From Minisyncoccota bacterium (GTDB taxonomy: Bacteria; Patescibacteriota; Minisyncoccia; Phycocordibacterales; UBA9973): a stretch of 64,000 bases of DNA. The position numbers were made by a program, and so were the translations under genes. Each line of letters starts with the position of its first letter. Within the stretch, counting starts at the first letter, position 1. The notes beneath the pieces were generated by a model that was not told the origin of the DNA, searched no databases, and saw only the letters and a list, made by a program, of their open reading frames with translations. The DNA is taken from the NCBI GenBank assembly GCA_041662525.1, contig JBAZSF010000003.1:14187-78186 (forward strand), given 5' to 3'. Below, piece by piece: positions 19,370-27,524 of the stretch.

Positions 19370-19667
19370 GGTCTTGCATCTATAAGCCGAATTTTGTAAT
19401 CCAACCGAAGTCAGATGAAAGTAATTTATCTAGGTACCGCATTGCTGCGAGACTCAAGCGATTCTCTCTAGCCGAAGCTAAAGCACGATCTTGCACACAC
19501 GTAAGTATTTTGCCGTTTCACCCGAACTAAATCGGTTCGTCACTGTTCGCAACTCTATCCTTGCGGACGACGGGCGTTACCCGCTACGCTTTCCCAACAC
19601 TAGGCTGGAATGTGTGTTCGGACTTTCCTCCCCGACATAAGCCGGAGTAACTATCAAACGCAGGACC
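19370..19667 (-). ncRNA. rnpB: RNase P RNA (bacterial type, compact)
   Basis: The minus strand contains GGGGAGGAAAGUCCGAAC (P4 5' strand), GGGUAACGCCCGUCGUCCGCAAGG, GGGUGAAACGG and ACAAAAUUCGGCUUAU (P4 3' strand); the ends pair as P1. Confidence 0.8.
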
Positions 19668-19722
19668 AAATTTAATTGTAATACAAAATTCAAAAAAGTA
19701 AAGGTAATCGTAATATTATTTC

Positions 19723-20946
19723 TTAAGACAACCTTCCTTTAAAATCTTCATAACTGAATTTTTTTACAAGTTTAAATTTGCCTGATGATTTTCTAAGAAA
19801 AATTGATGGCAATCTGATACCGTTAAAAGTATTGGTTTTTACCATCGTGTAAATAGCCATATTTAAAAATATTAATTTATCACCAATGGCTAATTTCTTT
19901 TTGAAAGTATAATTGCCTATTACATCTCCAGCTAAGCAACTCGGCCCACCGAGACGATAAACATGAGGGTATTTTTTACCTGTATCAGCCCCTAGGATCG
20001 TCGGTTTGTATGGCATTTCAAGAATGTCTGGAACATGCGCGGCAGCCGAAAAATCAAGAATAGCTATATTCATGCCATTATCAATAATATCCGCCACGCT
20101 AGTCACCAAAACCCCAGCATTCAATCCTACTGCTTCACCTGGCTCCAAATAGACTTCTAAGTGAGGATATCGTTTTTTAAAATCCTTAATTGTTTTAATT
20201 AATAGATCAACATCATAATCCCCACGGGTGATATGATGTCCACCACCGAAGTTCATCCATTTCATTCTTGGTAAAAATTCTTTAAATTTTTCTTCAAAAG
20301 ATTCAAGAGTTCGCACCATAGCATCAGCATTAAGCTGGCAAAGATTGTGATAATGCAAGCCCTCTATGCCGTCTAATTCTTTTTCTTCAAAATTTTTTCT
20401 AATTATGCCCAATCTAGAATTCGGTCCGCAAGGATCATACATCGGTGTTCCAGCTTCGCAATGCTCTGGATTTACCCGCAAACCACACGATACTTTCTTC
20501 TTGCTTTTTAAAATTATTGGTCGAATTCTTTTCCACTGAGAGAAAGAATTAAAAATCAGATGATCAGAATATTTTATATATTCGGCAATATTTTTTTCCG
20601 TATAAGCCGGTGAAAAAGTATGCGTTTCTCCACTAAATTCTTCACATCCTAAACGAGCTTCATCGATAGAGCTAGCTTCGGTTCCAGCTAAATATTTTTT
20701 TACTAACGGAGAAATACTAAACATAGAAAACCCTTTTAAAGCCAAAAGAATTTTACACCCAGCTTCTTTTTGGACTCTTTTTAATATCTTCATATTATGC
20801 TCTAACTTTTTTTCATCTACCACAAAACAAGGAGTTTCTAGATTTGCAAAATCTTCTGCCTTCCATCCCTGACCAGTGCTCCAAGGTTCAGTTGATGGCT
20901 CTCCATGACCCATTTGAGTTTTAATTGAACATATTTGATTAGCCAT
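19723..20946 (-). CDS. nspC: carboxynorspermidine/carboxyspermidine decarboxylase
   Basis: TPCFVVDEKKLEHNMKILKRVQKEAGCKILLALKGFSMF matches the CANSDC N-terminus; about 400 aa with an alanine-racemase-like fold. Confidence 0.8.
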   Translation of the reverse strand: MANQICSIKTQMGHGEPSTEPWSTGQGWKAEDFANLETPCFVVDEKKLEHNMKILKRVQKEAGCKILLALKGFSMFSISPLVKKYLAGTEASSIDEARLGCEEFSGETHTFSPAYTEKNIAEYIKYSDHLIFNSFSQWKRIRPIILKSKKKVSCGLRVNPEHCEAGTPMYDPCGPNSRLGIIRKNFEEKELDGIEGLHYHNLCQLNADAMVRTLESFEEKFKEFLPRMKWMNFGGGHHITRGDYDVDLLIKTIKDFKKRYPHLEVYLEPGEAVGLNAGVLVTSVADIIDNGMNIAILDFSAAAHVPDILEMPYKPTILGADTGKKYPHVYRLGGPSCLAGDVIGNYTFKKKLAIGDKLIFLNMAIYTMVKTNTFNGIRLPSIFLRKSSGKFKLVKKFSYEDFKGRLS

Positions 20947-20948
20947 AT

Positions 20949-22199
20949 TTAGTAATTCTTTTTTAGTGGCGCTGGAAGATCTTTTAGATTTTTAACCACC
21001 CAAGTTAAACCTAGATTTTCCATTTCTTCTAAGAATACTTTCGAGTCTAAAGATTTATCTTCTGGAACTTTCACCCCACTACCACTCCATTTCCCTTCCA
21101 ACATCAACTTAGCGCAAGTAACTGCAGGAACAGCTGTATTGTATCCGATCCCATTACCACCAGTTTCTAAAAAAGCCTTGTGATGGTCGGTAACGTTATA
21201 CATATAAACCACTTTTTTCTTGCCATCCTTAATTCCAGAAATAATATCACCGGCGATAGTTTTACCTTTATATCCTTTATTGAAATCGTCACCCGTAGGC
21301 AAAAGTGATTTCAAGAATTTTACCGGGACAACTTCGCAGTTATTATATTTAACTGGATCAATCCTAGTCATGCCGACATCATATAGCACTCGCAAATAAG
21401 AAAGATAAGTCTTTGAAAAGGTCATCCAAAATCTAGCTCTTTTAAGACCAGGAATACGAGTGACTAGAGTTTCTAATTCCTCATGATACATCAAGTATGG
21501 CGTGAACTTGCCAGTCTCTGGAAAATCAAATTCAAAGTAAGAGGCATCTTCGTCGATCAAACGTCCGCGTTCCTGCCATTTACCATTTTCCCAAAAGTGA
21601 ATCGGCAAAATAAGTTCTCGTAAATTTATTTCTGGGTTAAAATTCGGAGCAAATTTAATTTTTTTATCTTTTGAACCACCGTTGCAGTCTATAATATCAA
21701 TGGTATCTATTTTGTCAAAAAGGTAATCTCGCGCATAAGCAGAAAAGATATTCGTTACTCCGGGAGCAAATCCTAATCCTGTGACGGCTAATAGTCCTTT
21801 TTTCTTGAAATCTTTATCTTGAGCTAATTGCAATTTATACGAGAAGCCGTATTTTTTAGGATCTTCATAACAACAAGTATCAACGTATTTAATGCCTAAT
21901 TCTAAGCAGGCATCCATTATTACTAAATTGTCGTAGGAAAGTCCGAAGTGCAACAATAGTTCAGGCTTTACTTTTTTTAGAAGGTCTAATAAAAATTTCT
22001 TATCACCCACATCTCCCTGATGAATATTTATCTTCACTTTTCCTTTCGTTTTTTTAAAAATTGAAGCCTTCACTTCTTCACAATTTTTAGTAGTACGGCT
22101 AACCACATGAATCTCAGAAAAAGTCTTAGGATATTGAGCCATTTTGTGTAAGCCCACCCTGCCGACATTTCCACACCCTATCACAAGTATTTTAGACAT
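20949..22199 (-). CDS. carboxynorspermidine/carboxyspermidine dehydrogenase (saccharopine dehydrogenase family)
   Basis: MSKILVIGCGNVGRVGLHKMAQ Rossmann N-terminus, 416 aa, adjacent to nspC. Confidence 0.8.
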   Translation of the reverse strand: MSKILVIGCGNVGRVGLHKMAQYPKTFSEIHVVSRTTKNCEEVKASIFKKTKGKVKINIHQGDVGDKKFLLDLLKKVKPELLLHFGLSYDNLVIMDACLELGIKYVDTCCYEDPKKYGFSYKLQLAQDKDFKKKGLLAVTGLGFAPGVTNIFSAYARDYLFDKIDTIDIIDCNGGSKDKKIKFAPNFNPEINLRELILPIHFWENGKWQERGRLIDEDASYFEFDFPETGKFTPYLMYHEELETLVTRIPGLKRARFWMTFSKTYLSYLRVLYDVGMTRIDPVKYNNCEVVPVKFLKSLLPTGDDFNKGYKGKTIAGDIISGIKDGKKKVVYMYNVTDHHKAFLETGGNGIGYNTAVPAVTCAKLMLEGKWSGSGVKVPEDKSLDSKVFLEEMENLGLTWVVKNLKDLPAPLKKNY

Positions 22200-22225
22200 A
22201 ATTTTTTAAAAAATAATTTGTAATG

Positions 22226-22346
22226 CCACGAATTACGAAACATAACTTTTCGCAGGGGTTTCGAGGCTGACGAGCCGAGAACTTCAGGATTTTTTTTACC
22301 AGAAAAAAATCCGTACCGAAGAAAAGTTATGTTTCGTAATTCGTGG
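22226..22346. repeat. MITE-like palindromic element copy 1 (perfect 26-bp terminal inverted repeats)
   Basis: ccacgaattacgaaacataacttttc at 22226-22251 is exactly the reverse complement of 22321-22346; internal hairpin aggattttttttacc agaaaaaaatcc. Confidence 0.7.
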
Positions 22347-22454
22347 TGCAATAAGAATAGTTTACTACTTGCTACCTTAATGTCAATCTTTAAAACCCTT
22401 TGTTTTTCAAAGAAAATAGGGTATATTTAAAAAACTTAGTTTTATTTTTAATGT

Positions 22455-23342
22455 ATGTCTAAGAAAATTATTGTAAATAAATTCGGAGGAGGAATTTTGA
22501 CTAGAAATCTTATTCCTTTGATGGCGGAACACTTACGAGAACAAATAAAAGATGGCTACAGCCCTGTCGTCGTGATTTCGGCCTTGCCTGGGGTCACAAA
22601 TGAGCTTTTAACAATTAAAGATATATCTTTTTTAAGGAAATTTAAAGAGAAAAATTTTCAAGTAATGATAGATCTGGGATTCAATAAAGAATGGCAAAAA
22701 AAGGCTAAAATTGAATTAAATAAATTATTTGACAATATGAAAAAAGATATTGATTCAGATAAAACCATTCCCTCAAATGAAGACAAGATCGTCGCTTATG
22801 GAGAAAAATTATCCGCTACTATTTTTACTTTTTATCTTCAAATGCTTGGATTGCCAGCCAAAAGATTTTTAGCCGAAGAAATCCCTATTATCACTGACGA
22901 TAATTTTAAAAATGCTAATATTATTTACAAAATTTCCCAACAGAATATTCAGAAAAATATCCAAGAAAAAATTAATGATTTAAAAATAATTCCAGTTATT
23001 CCTGGCTTTACTGGTAAAACTACTGAAGACAAGATTACTACTCTAGGGCGTGGTGGGACAGATACTACCGCTTGCTTTGTCGGTTCTGCTATGCGGGCAA
23101 AAAAAGTAATTCTTTGGAAAGATGTCGGTGGAGTTTTTTCAGCTGATCCAAAAATAGTTCCCGAAGCAAAATATATCCCGACTATTAGCTATCAAGAAGC
23201 AGAAAAAGCTGGCAAAATAATACATGAGAAAGCGATTCAATATGTGAAATTATTCAATACTCCACTAGAAATAACTTCTCTTATAAATCCAAAATTAAAA
23301 ACAAAAGTTAGAAAAGTCGTGTATAATAAATTTATTAAATAA
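22455..23342 (+). CDS. aspartokinase-like amino-acid kinase (catalytic domain only, no ACT domains)
   Basis: KFGGGIL, VVVISALPGVTNELL, GRGGTDTTA motifs of the AAK/aspartokinase family; only 295 aa. Confidence 0.65.
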   Translation: MSKKIIVNKFGGGILTRNLIPLMAEHLREQIKDGYSPVVVISALPGVTNELLTIKDISFLRKFKEKNFQVMIDLGFNKEWQKKAKIELNKLFDNMKKDIDSDKTIPSNEDKIVAYGEKLSATIFTFYLQMLGLPAKRFLAEEIPIITDDNFKNANIIYKISQQNIQKNIQEKINDLKIIPVIPGFTGKTTEDKITTLGRGGTDTTACFVGSAMRAKKVILWKDVGGVFSADPKIVPEAKYIPTISYQEAEKAGKIIHEKAIQYVKLFNTPLEITSLINPKLKTKVRKVVYNKFIK

Positions 23343-23346
23343 TTAT

Positions 23347-23491
23347 GAATTACAAAACATAAACTTTTCTTCGGTACGGATTTTTCGAAGCTTGAAAAAT
23401 CTCTTCGAGCCTGAAGCTCTCAGAGCCGAAGGCCTGAAGTTCTCGGATCGACAGCCTCGAAACCCCTGCGAAAAGTTATGTTTTGTAATTC
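23347..23491. repeat. MITE-like palindromic element copy 2 (inverted relative to copy 1)
   Basis: TIRs gaattacaaaacataaacttttc and gaaaagttatgttttgtaattc; the reverse complement matches the copy-1 core (ttcgcaggggtttcgaggctg.cga.ccgagaacttcagg). Confidence 0.7.
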
Positions 23492-23503
23492 AAAAAAAAT
23501 CAC

Positions 23504-24592
23504 ATGAAAAAATTAAAAGTTGGAATCTTGGGTGCTACTGGGATGGTAGGTCAAAATTATATTCGTTTATTGGAAAATCACCCCTATTTTGAGGTTGTGT
23601 ATTTAGCAGCTTCTATAAATTCGGCTGGTAAAAATTATGCGAGTGCTGTTTTAGGACGCTGGCAAATGAATTCATCAATCCCAGAAAATATAAAAAATAT
23701 AATCGTAGAAGACGTAATAGATATAGAAAAAGCTAAAAACAAATGTGATTTTGTTTTTTCAGCATTTGAAATTAGAGATAAAGAAATGATTAAAACGATA
23801 GAAGCAAAATATGCGCAAGCAGGGTTGCCTGTTATTTCAAACGCATCAGCCAACCGCCCGACAGAAGATATCCCAATGATTATTCCAGAAATTAATCCGG
23901 AACACTTAGAAATGATAAAGATACAAAAGAAAAATCATAAGTGGAACAAGGGTTTTATCGTGGTGAAGCCAAATTGTAGTTTACAAAGCTATCTGACTCC
24001 CATTTTTGCTTTAGAAAAAGCTGGCTACCCAATTAAAAAAATATTTATTACCACCCTCCAAGCTGTTTCTGGAGCTGGTTATCCTGGAGTATCGAGTTTA
24101 GATATGATCGATAATGTCATCCCTTATATTGGAGGCGAAGAAGAAAAAACAGAAGAGGAACCTTTAAAAATTTTAAGCAAAATCAAAAACGGAAAATTCA
24201 TTCAAAGAAAAGATATACAGATTTCTGCTCACTGTACTAGAGTCCCCGTAACAGATGGGCACTTGGCTTGTGTTAGTATTTTATTTAAAAACAAAAAACC
24301 AACAAAAGAAAAAATTATAGAGATTTGGAGAGAATTTAAAGGATTACCACAAGATCTCAAACTTCCTCTTGCTCCCATTCATCCGATTATTTATAAAGAA
24401 GAAGAAAATCGTCCCCAGCCAAAAAAAGACAGAGATAATGACAAAGGTATGGCTATAACTGTCGGCCGTCTAAGAAAATGTAAAATTTTTGATTATAAGT
24501 TTATGGCTTTGAGCCACAACACTGTCCGGGGTGCAGCCGGTGGAGGAATTTTAAACGCGGAACTTCTCGTGAAGAAAAATTACTTAAAATAA
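23504..24592 (+). CDS. asd: aspartate-semialdehyde dehydrogenase
   Basis: GILGATGMVGQ NAD(P) motif and the active-site Cys in VVKPNCSLQSY. Confidence 0.9.
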   Translation: MKKLKVGILGATGMVGQNYIRLLENHPYFEVVYLAASINSAGKNYASAVLGRWQMNSSIPENIKNIIVEDVIDIEKAKNKCDFVFSAFEIRDKEMIKTIEAKYAQAGLPVISNASANRPTEDIPMIIPEINPEHLEMIKIQKKNHKWNKGFIVVKPNCSLQSYLTPIFALEKAGYPIKKIFITTLQAVSGAGYPGVSSLDMIDNVIPYIGGEEEKTEEEPLKILSKIKNGKFIQRKDIQISAHCTRVPVTDGHLACVSILFKNKKPTKEKIIEIWREFKGLPQDLKLPLAPIHPIIYKEEENRPQPKKDRDNDKGMAITVGRLRKCKIFDYKFMALSHNTVRGAAGGGILNAELLVKKNYLK

Positions 24593-24701
24593 TATTTTAC
24601 CCACTTATTCACATTTGCTTGACATTGTTTCTGTTTGACCTACAATAACTAAACTATTTATTTTTATGATAATAATGCAAAGTATGATTTTGTAAAATAA
24701 A

Positions 24702-26168
24702 ATGAAGAAAAAATTTAATCACAAGATATTAATTATTGGCTATGGTTCAGTTTCGCAGTGTACCCTTCCAATTTTATTAGAAAAAATCGATGTTCCTTTA
24801 AAGAACATAACTATTATTGATTTTGAAAATAAAGCTGAAACATTAAAAAAATACACAAGCAAGGGAATAAAATTTGTTCGCACTAAAATTACTGAAAAAA
24901 ATATAAATAAAGTTTTAAAGGAAAACGTGGATGACGGTGGTTTGATTATTGATTTAGCTTGGAATATCGGCTGTAATGATATTTTAAAGTGGTGCCATGA
25001 TCACAATGTTTTATATATAAATACTTCAGTCGAACAATGGGATCCGATGAAGGAAATTGAGAAAAAAAGTCCATACGAAAAATCTCTCTATTTCCGACAA
25101 ATGCAAATGCGGGAAATGTCTAAGAATTGGCCAAAAGATTCTACTTCTGCTGTTGTCGATCATGGTGCTAATCCTGGTCTCATTTCACATTTTGTGAAGC
25201 AAGGATTAGAGGACATAGCGACAAAATTAATTAAAGATAAAAAGGTAAAAGGCAAAGAAATAGAAGAATTAAAAAATTATATAAAAAATAAAGAGTTCAA
25301 TAAATTGGCAAAAAAACTTGAAGTAAAAGTTATTCATTGTAGTGAAAGAGATACGCAAATAACTAATCGACCAAAAGAAGTCAATGAATTTGTCGGCACC
25401 TGGAGCATTGAAGGCCTCCGTGAAGAAGGCACTGCGCCAGTAGAAATGGGTTGGGGTACGCACGAAAAGAAACTCCCCGCATTAGCACACATTCCTAAAA
25501 TTGGTCCTAAAAATCAAATTTTCTTGGCGCAAATGGGTATCAATACTTTTGTAAGATCTTGGATACCAAATCAAGAAATTGTCGGAATGGTTATTCGTCA
25601 TGGTGAAGCCTTTGGACTTTCGGACCGCTTAACTGTTTGGTCAGATAAAAATAAAAAAAATCAGAAAGCAATATACCGGCCAACAGTACATTATTCTTAT
25701 ATGCCCTGCCATGAAACATTATCCAGTCTCTGTGAGCTACGTGGACTCAATTATAATTTGCCACCTAAATTACGAATTATGAGCAATGAAATTACCTCTG
25801 GGGCTGATATCTTGGGAGCACTTTTAATGGGTCACCCGTATAAATCTTGGTGGACAGGCAGCAATCTAAGTATTGAGGAGGCCCGACAGCTGGCTCCGGG
25901 ACAAAATGCTACTACCCTGCAGGTTGCAGCAGGTCTTATGGGAGCAATTTTGTGGATGATAGAAAATCCAACCAAAGGAATAAATTTACCAGACGACCTG
26001 CCACATGATTTTGTTTTAAAAATCGCTAAACCTTATCTTGGCAAATTTATTTCTACCGTATCAGACTGGACGCCAGTTAAAAACAAAACAGTCTACTTCA
26101 AGGAAAATCCTGCTAGTGTTCAAAATAAAGATATTTGGCAATTTGAAAATTTTAAATTTTTACCATAA
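24702..26168 (+). CDS. hss: homospermidine synthase
   Basis: GANPGLISHFVKQ, SERDTQ, GTWSIEG, EMGWGT, VRSWIP, IYRPTVHYSYMPC, GSNLSIEEARQLAPGQNATTLQV, DWTP, WQFEN closely parallel bacterial HSS (from memory of Blastochloris HSS). Confidence 0.85.
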   Translation: MKKKFNHKILIIGYGSVSQCTLPILLEKIDVPLKNITIIDFENKAETLKKYTSKGIKFVRTKITEKNINKVLKENVDDGGLIIDLAWNIGCNDILKWCHDHNVLYINTSVEQWDPMKEIEKKSPYEKSLYFRQMQMREMSKNWPKDSTSAVVDHGANPGLISHFVKQGLEDIATKLIKDKKVKGKEIEELKNYIKNKEFNKLAKKLEVKVIHCSERDTQITNRPKEVNEFVGTWSIEGLREEGTAPVEMGWGTHEKKLPALAHIPKIGPKNQIFLAQMGINTFVRSWIPNQEIVGMVIRHGEAFGLSDRLTVWSDKNKKNQKAIYRPTVHYSYMPCHETLSSLCELRGLNYNLPPKLRIMSNEITSGADILGALLMGHPYKSWWTGSNLSIEEARQLAPGQNATTLQVAAGLMGAILWMIENPTKGINLPDDLPHDFVLKIAKPYLGKFISTVSDWTPVKNKTVYFKENPASVQNKDIWQFENFKFLP

Positions 26169-26219
26169 TTATCATAAGTAACAAAAAATTATTATTTATA
26201 ATAAAATCTTTTTAACGAA

Positions 26220-27518
26220 ATGAACATTAAACAAAAAAAACAATTACAGGAACTCGCTGCCAAACATGGTACGCCACTTTTAGTAGTGGATCATGAAAAA
26301 CTACGACAGAACTATTTAGAATTCAAAGAAAAATTACCAACAGTCCAAGCATATTTTGCAGTTAAGGCTAATTCTGATCCTGATATTATAAAAACTATGT
26401 ACGACATGGGAGCTAGTTTTGATGTGGCTTCTTTTCAGGAATTCATGAAAGTTTATAACAACATCAAACACTTGGGAGAGAAAGAACGACAACAATATAT
26501 TTGGGATAACATAATTTATGCCAATACTATTAAACCGGCCTCGATTTTAAAAAAGTTGAATATTTACAAACCCTTGGTTACTTTTGACAACATTGAAGAA
26601 TTAAAAAAAATCAAAAAACATGCTCCGGATGTGCGTTTAGTTTTACGGATTCGGGTACCGAACACTGGCTCGATGGTGGAGCTTTCTAGTAAATTCGGTG
26701 TTCATCCTGGAGAAGCAGTCGACTTAATGGCGGAAGCCATCGGTATGGGGCTAGGAGTTGAAGGCATTAGCTTTCATGTGGGCAGTCAGTGTAACAATTT
26801 TGAAAATTACGTCTTGGCTCTTTCTCTCGCTTCTTCAATTTTTAAGGAAGCAAAATTAAGAGGGCTGGATATAGGGTTTATAGACAAAGACGGTAAGAAA
26901 ATGAAAGTCTTAGATATTGGGGGTGGCTTTCCAGTCAAATACACAGCTGATGTAAAGCCTTTCCCAATGCTCGCTAAAAAAATAAATTCAGAAATCAAAA
27001 GAATGTTTAATGGAGATGTAGATGTCATCGCTGAACCGGGAAGATTTATGGTAGCCAACACCTGTACCCTGGTCACAAAAATTATAGGGAAATCTATCCG
27101 AGACGGAAAAACCTGTTATTATTTAGATGACGGAGTTTATAATACTTTTTCTGGACAAGTTTACGACCATCAAAGCTACCCCCTCCATTCATTTAAAGAT
27201 GGAGAAAGAAAAGTTTGCGCTACTTTCGGTCCGACCTGTGATGCTTTTGACACTATTTCCTTGGCAGATGAATTACCAGAAGATTTAGAGATAGATGATT
27301 TGCTTTATGCTGAAAACATTGGTGCTTATACTACCGCTTCTTCTTCTTTCTTTAACGGATTCAAACCGACAAGAATTGTATCGATAAATAAATGCGCTCC
27401 GGATGAGCTCTGTTCCTGCGGGAGTAATAAAAAATTCAAAGATTGCGGAATTTTAAATACTGAAGAACATAAATCGCTCCACCACTTAATGTCAAAAGAC
27501 ACGAAAGATAAAAACTAA
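26220..27518 (+). CDS. PLP-dependent ornithine/lysine decarboxylase family (type III fold) with C-terminal SEC-C-like Cys motif
   Basis: YAVKANSDPDIIKTMYDMGASFDVAS, GGGFPVKY, EPGRFMVA; C-terminal ELCSCGSNKKFKDCG. Confidence 0.8.
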   Translation: MNIKQKKQLQELAAKHGTPLLVVDHEKLRQNYLEFKEKLPTVQAYFAVKANSDPDIIKTMYDMGASFDVASFQEFMKVYNNIKHLGEKERQQYIWDNIIYANTIKPASILKKLNIYKPLVTFDNIEELKKIKKHAPDVRLVLRIRVPNTGSMVELSSKFGVHPGEAVDLMAEAIGMGLGVEGISFHVGSQCNNFENYVLALSLASSIFKEAKLRGLDIGFIDKDGKKMKVLDIGGGFPVKYTADVKPFPMLAKKINSEIKRMFNGDVDVIAEPGRFMVANTCTLVTKIIGKSIRDGKTCYYLDDGVYNTFSGQVYDHQSYPLHSFKDGERKVCATFGPTCDAFDTISLADELPEDLEIDDLLYAENIGAYTTASSSFFNGFKPTRIVSINKCAPDELCSCGSNKKFKDCGILNTEEHKSLHHLMSKDTKDKN

Positions 27519-27524
27519 AATAAA

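Noticed and set aside
22261-22300. Hammerhead-ribozyme-like CUGACGA motif in the palindromic element core
   Set aside because: No helix II or helix III closing with GAAA could be drawn. Copy 2 has CUGUCGAU at the same place, so the motif is not conserved; chance resemblance.
23392-23592. ORF 23392-23592 (+)
   Set aside because: Lies inside MITE copy 2 and overlaps the asd start; spurious.
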